A DNA stretch of 64,000 nt, taken from the NCBI GenBank assembly GCA_024280145.1, contig JAJRQR010000028.1:5734-69733 (forward strand), given 5' to 3'. The position numbers were made by a program, and so were the translations under genes. This DNA comes from Bacteroidota bacterium (GTDB lineage Bacteria; Bacteroidota; Bacteroidia; Flavobacteriales; Flavobacteriaceae). This document shows positions 30,540 through 41,008 of this stretch, one piece after another. How positions within the stretch are numbered: the stretch's first letter is position 1; each line of letters starts with the position of its first letter. The notes beneath the pieces are model-generated. The model was not told the DNA's origin and made no database searches. It worked only from the letters and a program-made list of their open reading frames with translations.

Positions 30540-32195
30540 TTATCTACTGATAATAATTTTCTTTGTGGAAGTAGTATTACTATCAGGATCAACTAAGTAA
30601 AGAAAGTAGATTCCTTCTTCTAATCGTTCTACATTTATTTCATTTATAGTATTTGACATTGGGCCAGAAAAAAGTTTTTTTCCTAAAATGTCATAAAAAG
30701 TAAATTCTAAATTTGGATACCTACTATTCATTATTGAAATGGTACTACTTGCTGGGTTTGGATAAATTTCCAAAGACCCCGTATCTTCAAATTCTGGTGT
30801 ATTTAATATATTCTGAATAGTTTCAGTTGTTGTTTGCCCTGTATTATTCGGATCCAGCCAATCTTTTAAACGAGATTCTGGTATATTTCCTGTATTCCAA
30901 GAAACCCCAAACCTACCATAAATATCATAATCATTATTGTTTTCAATTCCGTTACAATTTGCTTGCCCTGCGTATAGCTGACCAATAATTCTCCCAAATT
31001 CATTAAATAATGGAGAACCGGAAGATCCACTTTCGGTAGTACCAATTTCCCAACCATTTCCCGTTCCAATAGATACTCCTCCAATAAGCCATACTTCTGT
31101 TCCGTTTGCATTTTCATGTACTGCTCCAGAATCATCTCTGCAAATTTTCATAATATCACCATTTGGGTGATGAATTCCCACTTCAAACTCGGGCAGTTCA
31201 TCTGTATTATCCCAACCCGCAAAAGCTACATCCCAAGATTCTGGAATTTCATTATATAATTCAACTAAAGCAAAATCACTTACACTATTACTCGCTTTTA
31301 GCTCAGCTCCACTCATCGTAAAATTGGTTTGAATATCTAAACTTTCCTCTTCGGTTCCACAAATTGGAGAAGGACTCATCCAATTAAAACGAACAGACCA
31401 AAAATCAGGATTACTGCTTTCTAAACAATGATTTGCTGTTAATAAATAGGGAACTTTATCATTTTCAACTGTATTTATAAGAGATGCTGAACATAAATAC
31501 CCATTACCTAGATTTAGTAATGCAACGGTTTTTTTTGCTAAATTTTTTATGGTCTCAAAATCACTTCCAATAGGGTAGTTTACATCATAATTACAATCTT
31601 CAGAATCATTTAAACCTCTACCTATTATTTGACGTACTCTTCCCATCCGATAGCCATGAATAACACTACCAACTTCAATATGGACATCTTCACTAACATT
31701 TGGAGGTTCATAATATTCAATCCAAATAATTTCGCCTGAAATAAACCAAGAGCCCAACATTTTATTTTCTCGATTTTGCTCCTTGGTATATGTTTTTGAA
31801 ATATCTGTACGATCACCATTATAAAGGTGCATCATAGCTCCTTCAGGTAAATAAAAATCGTTAAAGTTTATACTTAAGTTGATAGCATCTGGCGAGTAAA
31901 TTCCTATTTGCCAAATTCTACCTCTATTATTAGGTAGCTCTGTCCATTCTCCATCGTTTTCATAGTCTAATACAATGGGTCTTGAAATTCCGTAACGCCA
32001 AGGTTGACTTTTATCTAGATCGTTGATGCTGTCCTCTGCAATGATTGATTCAATATCTAAGGGAGGTAATTCAATAGGAGTAACGGAGCTTCTTATAGTA
32101 TACTCCCAACTAATAGGTTTCTGCTCATTGCTATCTTGAGAATAAGATAAAAATGACAGAGAGAGTAAAATTATAAAAAGTAAATTTTTCTTCAT
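30540..32195 (-). CDS. Lysyl-endopeptidase-like S1 serine protease with T9SS type-A CTD
   Basis: Propeptide; LTANHC, SDFAL, IHHP and GSSGSPLF; CTD IYPNPA...YDILGK...GIYFL...KKIII. Confidence 0.88.
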   Translation of the reverse strand: MKKNLLFIILLSLSFLSYSQDSNEQKPISWEYTIRSSVTPIELPPLDIESIIAEDSINDLDKSQPWRYGISRPIVLDYENDGEWTELPNNRGRIWQIGIYSPDAINLSINFNDFYLPEGAMMHLYNGDRTDISKTYTKEQNRENKMLGSWFISGEIIWIEYYEPPNVSEDVHIEVGSVIHGYRMGRVRQIIGRGLNDSEDCNYDVNYPIGSDFETIKNLAKKTVALLNLGNGYLCSASLINTVENDKVPYLLTANHCLESSNPDFWSVRFNWMSPSPICGTEEESLDIQTNFTMSGAELKASNSVSDFALVELYNEIPESWDVAFAGWDNTDELPEFEVGIHHPNGDIMKICRDDSGAVHENANGTEVWLIGGVSIGTGNGWEIGTTESGSSGSPLFNEFGRIIGQLYAGQANCNGIENNNDYDIYGRFGVSWNTGNIPESRLKDWLDPNNTGQTTTETIQNILNTPEFEDTGSLEIYPNPASSTISIMNSRYPNLEFTFYDILGKKLFSGPMSNTINEINVERLEEGIYFLYLVDPDSNTTSTKKIIISR

Positions 32196-32271
32196 TAGTT
32201 CTTTTAAAATTATAAAAGAGTACTAATTTACTTTTTTATTTTGATATTTGAAAATCAATTTGTTATAAAGT

Positions 32272-32300
32272 AAAAAACCTCGATGGAATGCATCGAGGTT
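32272..32300 (-). terminator. Terminator after queA
   Basis: Minus strand AACCTCGATG-CATTC-CATCGAGGTTTTTT. Confidence 0.85.
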
Positions 32301-32321
32301 CTTACTATAAAAGTTGTTTTA

Positions 32322-33371
32322 TTAGATGATTAACATCGCATCACCGTAGGTATAAAAACGATATTTTTCTTTAATTGCTATATCATAAGCCTCCCGTACA
32401 AAGTCATGTCCTGCAAAAGCAGATACCATCATCATTAATGTAGATTTTGGAGTGTGAAAATTAGTTACCATCATATTTGCAATGCTAAAATCATAAGGAG
32501 GAAAAATAAATCTATTTGTCCAACCGTCATAAGCATTTAAGGTTCCATTTGAAGACACTGAACTTTCTAAAGCTCTCATTGCTGTAGTACCTACTGCGCA
32601 AATTCTTCTTTTTTCTGAAATACCTCTATTGATAATATTTTCAGCTAATTTATCTATATGAATTTCTTCAGAATCCATTTTATGTTTCGATAAGTCTTCA
32701 ACTTCAACTGAGCTAAAAGTACCCAAACCTACGTGTAATGTAACTTCAGCAAAATTAACTCCTCTAATTTCAAGACGTTTTAATAAATGTTTCGAAAAGT
32801 GCAATCCCGCAGTTGGTGCTGCAACCGCTCCTTCATTTTTTGCAAAAATTGTTTGGTAACGCTCTTTATCTTCAGGTTCTACATCTCTTTTAATATACTT
32901 AGGAAGTGGTGTTTCACCTAATTCTGTAAGTTTACTTCTAAAATCTTCATAAGGACCATCGTATAAAAAACGTAGCGTTCTACCTCTTGAAGTCGTATTG
33001 TCTATTACTTCTGCTACTAAAGAATCGTCATCACCAAAATATAATTTATTTCCAATTCTAATTTTACGAGCCGGATCTACCAACACATCCCAAAGGCGTG
33101 TTTCCTTGTTTAATTCTCGTAACAAAAACACTTCGATACGTGCACCTGTTTTTTCTTTATTTCCGAACAAGCGTGCTGGAAAAACTTTTGTGTTATTTAA
33201 AACCAATACATCATCTTCTTCAAAATAATTTATTAAATCTTTAAACATTTTATGTTCAATGGTTTGATCTTTACGGTTCAATACCATTAAACGAGATTCG
33301 TCCCTGATTGCAGCAGGATATTCTGCTAATAATTCTTCAGGAAGTTCAAAATTAAATTTTGAGAGTTTCAT
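32322..33371 (-). CDS. queA: S-adenosylmethionine:tRNA ribosyltransferase-isomerase
   Basis: [39 protein letters not shown] and YGDAM. Start could also be ATG 33377. Confidence 0.97.
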   Translation of the reverse strand: MKLSKFNFELPEELLAEYPAAIRDESRLMVLNRKDQTIEHKMFKDLINYFEEDDVLVLNNTKVFPARLFGNKEKTGARIEVFLLRELNKETRLWDVLVDPARKIRIGNKLYFGDDDSLVAEVIDNTTSRGRTLRFLYDGPYEDFRSKLTELGETPLPKYIKRDVEPEDKERYQTIFAKNEGAVAAPTAGLHFSKHLLKRLEIRGVNFAEVTLHVGLGTFSSVEVEDLSKHKMDSEEIHIDKLAENIINRGISEKRRICAVGTTAMRALESSVSSNGTLNAYDGWTNRFIFPPYDFSIANMMVTNFHTPKSTLMMMVSAFAGHDFVREAYDIAIKEKYRFYTYGDAMLII

Positions 33372-33452
33372 ACCCATAATAGAGAAGTGGTTTTAAAATT
33401 AAAAGTTGCAAATATACAATCTCAAGGTAGGGGTTGTCAAGTAAATGGACGT

Positions 33453-34685
33453 TTATGATTTAATTTGACTAAAGATTCCGATTTTTTTAAGATCTTCCCA
33501 ATAAGAAGTATAGGATTTTGAAACCACATTTGGTTGCTTAATCACAATTGAAGTTTTTAAGGCTAAAGGTGCAAAAGCCATCGCCATTCGGTGATCTTGA
33601 TAGGTGTCTATTTCAATGTCTGAAATTATTTTTCCAGAAGCATTTAATCGTAAAGAATCACTTGTTATTTTAACAGTAGCCCCTAGTTTTTCCAATTCTG
33701 TTTTAAGAGCTAAAAGTCGATCGGTTTCTTTAATTTTTAAAGTTTTTAAACCTTTTAAATCACAAGATATTCCAAGTCCGAAACAAGTAGCTGCAATAGT
33801 TTGCGCAATATCTGGAGTTTTATTTAAGTTTAATTGAAGTGAATCTATATTTGTTGTTGTTTTTGATAATTGAAGGGAATTATCAGCTAAATTATATACC
33901 GTTTTAACTCCTAATTTTCTATAAATTGAAGCTACTTCTGAATCTCCTTGCAAACTATTTTTATTGAAGTTTTTTAAGGTTACTTTTAAGTTATTTGCAA
34001 GTGCTACTAAACTATAAAAATAGGAAGCAGAACTCCAATCTGATTCTACTGTAATAGTACGGTTTGGAATGTTATTTGCTGCTTCAATTTTTATTTTATT
34101 CTTTTTAAAATTTCCATTAATTCCAACCAACTTCAATAAATCTAATGTCATATTTATATAAGGAACAGAAGTGATTTCACCTTCTAAAATAACAGTAAGG
34201 CCATCTGGCAAGGAAGGTGCAAGTAGCATTAAAGCCGAAATATACTGACTGCTAATATTGGCTTTTAAATTCACCTCTGCGACTTTGAGTTGTTTACCTT
34301 TTATAGTAATAGGTGGATAACCTTCTTCTTTTTCATATTCTATTTCTGCTCCTAAATTTTTAAGTGCGTCTACCAGAATTTTAATGGGGCGTTCTTGCAT
34401 TCGTTTACTTCCTGTTAAGGTGATTTCAGCTCCTTGTACTGAAGCAAAGTAAGCGGTTAAAAAACGCATTGCGGTTCCTGCGTGATGAATGTCTACTAGT
34501 CCTTTTTTATTTTTTAATCCTTTAGAAAGACTAATAGTATCATCGCTCTTTGACAGGTTTTTTATTTTCAAATTAGGATATAGTGCTTGTAAAATCAACA
34601 ACCTATTCGATTCGCTTTTAGATCCCGGAATGGTAATAACGACTTCCTTATTTTTAGGCTGGTATGAAAGAATTGCTTTAGTCAT
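33453..34685 (-). CDS. aroA: 3-phosphoshikimate 1-carboxyvinyltransferase
   Basis: PGSKSESNR, AGTAMRF, SSQYISAL, KETDR and DHRMAM. Confidence 0.96.
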   Translation of the reverse strand: MTKAILSYQPKNKEVVITIPGSKSESNRLLILQALYPNLKIKNLSKSDDTISLSKGLKNKKGLVDIHHAGTAMRFLTAYFASVQGAEITLTGSKRMQERPIKILVDALKNLGAEIEYEKEEGYPPITIKGKQLKVAEVNLKANISSQYISALMLLAPSLPDGLTVILEGEITSVPYINMTLDLLKLVGINGNFKKNKIKIEAANNIPNRTITVESDWSSASYFYSLVALANNLKVTLKNFNKNSLQGDSEVASIYRKLGVKTVYNLADNSLQLSKTTTNIDSLQLNLNKTPDIAQTIAATCFGLGISCDLKGLKTLKIKETDRLLALKTELEKLGATVKITSDSLRLNASGKIISDIEIDTYQDHRMAMAFAPLALKTSIVIKQPNVVSKSYTSYWEDLKKIGIFSQIKS

Positions 34686-34717
34686 TCAATTTAGGGTATT
34701 CGGAATTTGTTTAAAAA

Positions 34718-34963
34718 TCAATTTCTTTGTTCGTCTTTTTTTATTTTTCCTCTAAATTTCCCAAAGGCTGCAAAAAAACCATAAATGAAACCTCCAACAA
34801 GAAGTCCTAAAATTACTAACGAGGGATTTTCAAAGGATAAAAAATAAGCGGAATCAAAGCCTTCGATAGCCCATTTTATAAGTACAAATAAAACCATAAA
34901 AGCCAAGCCCAATGAGAAAACCGACTTCCAGAAACCTGGTGTAGAAACTACTTTTTTAAACAT
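34718..34963 (-). CDS. Small two-TM hypothetical membrane protein
   Basis: Two hydrophobic segments; tightly packed in the operon. Confidence 0.75.
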   Translation of the reverse strand: MFKKVVSTPGFWKSVFSLGLAFMVLFVLIKWAIEGFDSAYFLSFENPSLVILGLLVGGFIYGFFAAFGKFRGKIKKDEQRN

Positions 34964-34964
34964 A

Positions 34965-35291
34965 CTATTTTAGTTTTTTATTGTTATGATGACGATTGTG
35001 GTCTCTTTTAGTTTTAACATCCATTTTTTCATCAAAGGCTGCTTGTAAATCAATTCCTGTTTGATTTGCCAAGCATAATACTACAAAAACGACATCTGCT
35101 AACTCTTCACCAAGATCTTTATTTTTATCACTTTCTTTTTCACTTTGCTCGCCGTACCTACGTGCTATTATTCGTGCCACTTCACCAACTTCTTCCGTAA
35201 GTTGTGCCATATTGGTAAGCTCATTAAAATAACGCACACCATGTGCTTTAATCCAGTTATCTACTGCTAATTGAGATTCTTTTAGATCCAT
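34965..35291 (-). CDS. MazG-like nucleotide pyrophosphohydrolase (YpjD type)
   Basis: LTEEVGEVAR...EELADV motif. Confidence 0.92.
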   Translation of the reverse strand: MDLKESQLAVDNWIKAHGVRYFNELTNMAQLTEEVGEVARIIARRYGEQSEKESDKNKDLGEELADVVFVVLCLANQTGIDLQAAFDEKMDVKTKRDHNRHHNNKKLK

Positions 35292-35294
35292 AAT

Positions 35295-37118
35295 TTACTG
35301 TTTTACAAGAACAATTTTTGAGTTTGATATATTTGAGTACTCATGAAATAGTTCATAAAGAGATTTATAATATTGAGGCAAAATTACCGATTTATTAATT
35401 GCAATTTTTAAAAGCACATGTATTTGTTTTTCGGTGCTATTAATTTGAAACAATAAACTTCCTATATCATATTCAATGGCAAAGTTTTTATTTTCTGGCA
35501 TGCTCTCCACTTTATAACCTTCTGGAATATCAAAATTTATTACAAAAGTCTCTTCATAAGGAAAATCTAAATCTATAGGATATTCTCTTTTTCCTTCTTT
35601 AAATTTATTTTCTTTCTTTCCAAAGAAAAGCAAAGGATCAAAATAATATTTATTGTTTATTTCTTCGATATAATCTTCTATAATAAAATCATAGGAAAGG
35701 GTTACTGGTAAATTCAACTCATCAATATTCTTTTTTTCTGCATTGTAAATTTTAAGAAGCCCACCTGACTCCATTAATTTATCAATTGAAGTTTCATTAC
35801 TTTCTTTATATAAATCTCTAAATTTCCATGCGTAGTACCTTGTTTTTTGATTTTTATTATTCCCTAAAACTTCTAAATTTTCTATATCTAATGTAACGGA
35901 TGCAATATTTTTATTTTTAGACCTCTCCTTGGTCATAGTAGAATAGTTTAAAGTGGTACCGTTATCGTAAATTACCAATCCGTTTCCATTATTAAAATCT
36001 ATAGGAATTTCTCCAAAACCACCGTTGGTATTAGAGGCATCTAACAAAATAATTTTATCATCAATTTCTAAAGCCGCTAAAACAACATCAAAATTTTCTT
36101 CACTGGGGTATAATATCCATCCGTTTTCTTTACTTGAAATAATCATTGGATTCGCTTTTAATCCAGCTTGTTGAAGCATCACTATTAGCAGTAAATTAAT
36201 GTCAGCTATATTTCCAGATTTCTCATTATATGTTTTTTTTATCCCTTTTGAATATAAGCCTTTATAATGGTTCCATTGTATTGTTTCTTTTACATATGCA
36301 TATATTTTTTTTGCCTTCTCGATTGAATCTTTTTCATTTCTAGCAATATTTTTTGCTTTATTATTAATTAAAATATCATTTTTTTTTAACTGCTTCCCAA
36401 ACCATTCTGCATGATAAAAAAATCCAATAATTTCTTCCCATGTACTGAAATATCGTTTGGAGTAAATTAATATTTGCCCCATATGGTTGTACATATTCCC
36501 AACATAATTTTCTTCTTTTAAAGCAGGTATATTCTTACCCGAAAAAACAACTTTATCGTTTATTATTTTTCCAGTGATGGGCATTTTAACGTAGGGGTTT
36601 TCTCTTAAAATTAGTTGGAAATTAACAGGGTTTTTAATTTTAGCTTCAAAAACATCTATTGGAATATAATTTTGTACGAGAATGGAGCTAACCCATATAT
36701 TTTTAATTTTATATTTTAATTCAAGTATAGAACCTTCTTTAACATTGGGAAAAACAATTTTTCTGATTTGATAGCTCTTACTAACTTTATCTTTAAAAAT
36801 TCCTTTTTTAGTAACATCTGTCGCAACTATTTGGTTGTTTTCTAAATTATAAGTAGTTGCCTTAATTGCCTTTACTTGTTTATAGGGAATTTTCCAATCT
36901 GCATATTTGAAACCTTCCTTTTTATAAATTTTTATTCTTAAATGCATTTCAAAAACATCTCCATACAAATAATTTATTTTTTTATATATAATTTTTGCAG
37001 ATTGCCCTTTATTATTATTGTCCGCTAACTCACCAATAGACACTTTACCGTATTTATATACTTGTGCGTTTATTGTAATAAACTGAAAAAAGAAAACAAT
37101 AAAGATGAGTGTTCTCAT
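35295..37118 (-). CDS. DUF3857/transglutaminase-like protein, paralog 4, no catalytic Cys
   Basis: Signal peptide, YGKVS, FPNVKEGSILE, GNIADINL, LLDAS and REYPID. Confidence 0.85.
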   Translation of the reverse strand: MRTLIFIVFFFQFITINAQVYKYGKVSIGELADNNNKGQSAKIIYKKINYLYGDVFEMHLRIKIYKKEGFKYADWKIPYKQVKAIKATTYNLENNQIVATDVTKKGIFKDKVSKSYQIRKIVFPNVKEGSILELKYKIKNIWVSSILVQNYIPIDVFEAKIKNPVNFQLILRENPYVKMPITGKIINDKVVFSGKNIPALKEENYVGNMYNHMGQILIYSKRYFSTWEEIIGFFYHAEWFGKQLKKNDILINNKAKNIARNEKDSIEKAKKIYAYVKETIQWNHYKGLYSKGIKKTYNEKSGNIADINLLLIVMLQQAGLKANPMIISSKENGWILYPSEENFDVVLAALEIDDKIILLDASNTNGGFGEIPIDFNNGNGLVIYDNGTTLNYSTMTKERSKNKNIASVTLDIENLEVLGNNKNQKTRYYAWKFRDLYKESNETSIDKLMESGGLLKIYNAEKKNIDELNLPVTLSYDFIIEDYIEEINNKYYFDPLLFFGKKENKFKEGKREYPIDLDFPYEETFVINFDIPEGYKVESMPENKNFAIEYDIGSLLFQINSTEKQIHVLLKIAINKSVILPQYYKSLYELFHEYSNISNSKIVLVKQ

Positions 37119-37120
37119 TA

Positions 37121-38978
37121 TCAAATTTTTGAAAGAACAATCCTTGATTCTGAAAACAATAAATATTCTGAAAACATTTCTTTAAGTCCTTTATAGTATT
37201 CTGCAGGTATTACCATATTTCTTATATTTAATGTAACAGTAACTTGTATGGTATTGTTTGTTTTTTGCACATTATATTCAAAAGACCCATAATTATTTTC
37301 CAATATTATTTTCCTTCCTTTTGGCATATTTATCAATTTGTATCCTTCGGGAATTTTAAAATTAACAATGTACTTGTTGTGCTCTGGATAGCCTGTATTT
37401 ATTGGATATCTTCTGTGTTCTTCAGTAAATCTGTTATTTGAAATTCCGAAATATAACATCGGTTTAAAATAAATATCATCGTGAATTATTTCAATAAAAT
37501 CGCTATATTCAAAATTATAAGATAAGGAAATTGGTCTTTCTAAATCTTTTACATTCTCACCTTTAAAATTTGAGACTTCTAATAAATTTACTCTACGTTC
37601 TAAGTTGAATACATAATCCTCTTCTTTTAAGTCATCAAAATCATACCTATAATCCCAAGCCTGATAGTTATTTAATCTCATTTTTACGCTTCCACTTATA
37701 GATTCATTTTCCACATCAAATTCGGTATTGACAAGTGCAATTTTTTTAGACATATTGCTCGTGTATAAACTAACAAACCTATAACTACCATCTTTATAAA
37801 CTATAAACCCATCGCCATTCATTAAGTTAGTATTTAGTTCTCCGAAAGCAGCATATTTTCTTGAAGGATCTAATAAATACAACGCATCATTTATCTCTAC
37901 GGCAGTGATAGCGGCATTAAATTTACTAATGGTTGGCGAAAGAATCATACCATTACTGCGTGAAGATAACAAGACTGGATTCGCTTCAATACCAGCATTG
38001 CGAATCATAGAAATAAGTAAAAAATTCAAATCACCAGTATCTCCTTTTTTATCTACATAAGTTTTTCTAATATTTTCACTTCCTCTGCTTAATGATTTGT
38101 CCCAATCAATTTCTTTCTGAACATAATAGTAAATTATTTTTGCCATTTCTAAGGTGTCCGTTTCCTTGGCAATTATTTTTTTTAAGTTTTTTTTATATAC
38201 GGAACCTGATTTTTTTAATTCTTCTCCAAACCAAGAAAAAAGATTGTAACGCATAGCAATATCTCCCCAAGTTTTTAATCTATCATTTTTATATAAATAA
38301 ACTTTTTCTATATAGATTTTACCTCTATAATTATCAATATTATAAACGTAATCTTCATCTTTTAACTCTTCAATATTTTTACCTGTATAGATTTGCTGAG
38401 AAAGACTTGAATTCAAGTTTAAATGAGCACTACTTAATGGGTTTTGAGAAAATTTTAATTCTCTTTGAGAAGAGTTTTCTATGGTAACTTTTATTTTTTT
38501 AATAGGAATAGAACTCTGTGTAAAAATGGAACTCGTTATTATATAATCTACTTTATAACTAAATTCTAGAATAGATCCTTTTTTCACATTTGGAAATACA
38601 AGCTTAGTGATTTTTGAATCTTTATCTACCTTTTCAATAAAAATATCTTTTTTAGAAAGTGGAGTTTTTATCACTTTTCCGTTTCCAACAGAATAGATAT
38701 AAGCCTTTAAATTTTCAATATCACTAAAAGGAATCTGTTCTGTAGCATAGTTAAAACCGTCTTTATTAATTATTTTTTTACGTTCTTTCACATACAAAAC
38801 CCTTCCGTAAATAAAATGAATATCTCTATTCATAACTACCGCAGGAGCATCTTTAAAAACTTTGTCTGCTACTGGCGAGAGGTCATTTACCGTCACGTCT
38901 CTATATTTTATGTATTGTCCGAACAGGTTTGAACATACTATAAATAAAAACAGCACTAAAATATATTTTTAATTTCAT
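37121..38978 (-). CDS. DUF3857/transglutaminase-like protein, paralog 3, no catalytic Cys; apparent +1 frameshift in signal peptide
   Basis: FPNVKKGSILE, GDTGDLNF, LLDPS and RRYPIN. ATG 38978 overlaps the upstream TGA but is 1 nt out of frame with the ORF starting at GTG 38956. Confidence 0.8.
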
Positions 38979-40984
38979 GATTTAATTAAAACAACTTTTT
39001 CATTTTGTTTTTCAACCATTAATTGATAAAAACCTTTTAAGTTTTTATAGTCTGAAGGAGAAATTAAAGGCTGGTTTATTGCGAACTCTAGGGACAGTTG
39101 CACTTTGTTTGATATTTGTGATATTTTATATCTAAAAACCGCATCGTTATCTCCAAAACTAAAACTGGTGCTTTCTGGCAATGTTTCAATAGTGTATTCT
39201 TCAGGAATGACAATATTTATAATTGCTCTTACTTTTTTTGGAAAGCCAAAATCTACAGGATAATCTCTTTCTTCTAATTTAAAAGGATTTCCTTTTTCAC
39301 CTAAAAATAACATGGGAGAAAAATATAATTTACCACTAATTTCTTCCACTAAATTAAAGGATTCAAAATCATAAGAGATGCTTAGAGGCTTGCTCACATT
39401 TTCTAAATCTTTTAATTCAATATTAGATAACTCGGTTTCTAATTTATCTTTTTCTAAAGATTTTCTAATGTCATCCTCAGATACATTTAAATATTCTTCT
39501 CGAGCTGCTAATGCATAATGATCTGTGATCCTTTCTTTTAAATTTCCTTTTAGTTCTAAATCACTAGTGATTTCTGCAGAAATCATCGTGTTTTTAACCG
39601 AAGGTTTATTTGGAATAAGAGGCACCCACGCAGAGCTTCCGTCATTTCGTATTAATCTTCCTTGCCAGTTCATTACTTCTGGATCTAAAATATTAGGCTG
39701 TAATTTTTTATTGGTCGCATCAAAAAGATAGACTCCATTTGTTGTTTCAACCCCAGAAATCACATAATTAAATCCGTTACGAGTCGCAAAAGCAGGAATA
39801 CCATTATTTTTTGTACTCACTAATATTGGATTTGTATTAAGTCTAGCATACCGAAACATTGCCGTTAACATTAAATTAATTTCTGCGGTGTTTCCAACCC
39901 CATTTTTATAAGCACTTTTTACTCCTTGGCTTGTATATTTTCCAACATAGCCATTCCAAGTCATTTTTGTTTTTACAAAATTATAAATTAAACCCATTTT
40001 ATCATTCTCATTACTAACCCCACTTAATAGGTTATCTATATCATCTTTAAAATAATTAACTTTATCTAACTCCCCGCCGAAAGAGGGTGATTCATAAATA
40101 GAATAAGTTACAAAAGACCAATCTGTTGCATAACTTTTAATAGGAGCTCCTGGGTATTTTGTATAAGCGAGTTCAAATTTTAATGAAGCTAAATAATTTC
40201 TTAAATTCCCAGCAAAGGCTTCCCTTTTTACAGCTGGTACATTGTGTAAATTTACTTTGTAAATATTTTCTATAAATGTAACATTATTTGTAATAGTTTT
40301 ATCTGATCCACCTCCGTTTAAAACAGCCTTCTGAAGGTATTTAAACTCCATTGTTCTGTCTTTTCCATCACGATTAATCTTATAGTTTAGATTACCTTTT
40401 TGGTGAGTTTTATAGTTTAAATATTCTGGTACTCTAAAATCAAAAACTAATTCGTTTACAGGAATTTCTTCTTGAAAACGATACGGTTCAATACTGCTTT
40501 TATAGGGGGATTTAAGTGTGTATTTATATTCTATTACACAACCTTCAACCAAGCTTGGCATTGTAAATTTCATAAGATCTAAATACTTATGCGCTTCTTC
40601 CTTAAAAACACCATCACTTTTAAGTTTTATTTTTTCAATTTTACCTCCGTTTAAATGGTAGGTATAAGCTTTTAATCCCGAAAAAGACTCGTGACTCCCT
40701 CCACTTCCTTTATATACTTTTATTGAAAAATTAGCATTATCATACCCCTCTTTTGAATAAATTTTTATTCGTTCAAAAACTTCGGTTTCATAATAAAACC
40801 CATCTTCTGAACTATATTCAAAATGAGTTTTATATTCTCTATAAAGAATCGCTGCATTTGCAGCTGGATCTGTAGGGTGCCCCTTTTGAGCGATTTCTTC
40901 TTTTGAAACCTTACCAAATTTAAAGTTTTGTGAAAAGGTAACTTGAAAGGCAATTAAAGCAACGATGGTTAGTTTAAATTTCAT
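38975..40984 (-). CDS. DUF3857/transglutaminase-like protein, paralog 2, no catalytic Cys
   Basis: FGKVS, ERIKIY, MPSLVEGCVIEY, GNTAEINL, FNYVI, LFDAT and RDYPVDF. Confidence 0.9.
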   Translation of the reverse strand: MKFKLTIVALIAFQVTFSQNFKFGKVSKEEIAQKGHPTDPAANAAILYREYKTHFEYSSEDGFYYETEVFERIKIYSKEGYDNANFSIKVYKGSGGSHESFSGLKAYTYHLNGGKIEKIKLKSDGVFKEEAHKYLDLMKFTMPSLVEGCVIEYKYTLKSPYKSSIEPYRFQEEIPVNELVFDFRVPEYLNYKTHQKGNLNYKINRDGKDRTMEFKYLQKAVLNGGGSDKTITNNVTFIENIYKVNLHNVPAVKREAFAGNLRNYLASLKFELAYTKYPGAPIKSYATDWSFVTYSIYESPSFGGELDKVNYFKDDIDNLLSGVSNENDKMGLIYNFVKTKMTWNGYVGKYTSQGVKSAYKNGVGNTAEINLMLTAMFRYARLNTNPILVSTKNNGIPAFATRNGFNYVISGVETTNGVYLFDATNKKLQPNILDPEVMNWQGRLIRNDGSSAWVPLIPNKPSVKNTMISAEITSDLELKGNLKERITDHYALAAREEYLNVSEDDIRKSLEKDKLETELSNIELKDLENVSKPLSISYDFESFNLVEEISGKLYFSPMLFLGEKGNPFKLEERDYPVDFGFPKKVRAIINIVIPEEYTIETLPESTSFSFGDNDAVFRYKISQISNKVQLSLEFAINQPLISPSDYKNLKGFYQLMVEKQNEKVVLIKS

Positions 40985-41008
40985 TTTAATAAGTTTTATT
41001 GGGTTGAT

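Noticed and set aside
34965-35291. MazG-like gene as an anti-phage defence component
   Set aside because: YpjD-type housekeeping pyrophosphohydrolase in a core operon with aroA and dtd; no defence genes nearby.
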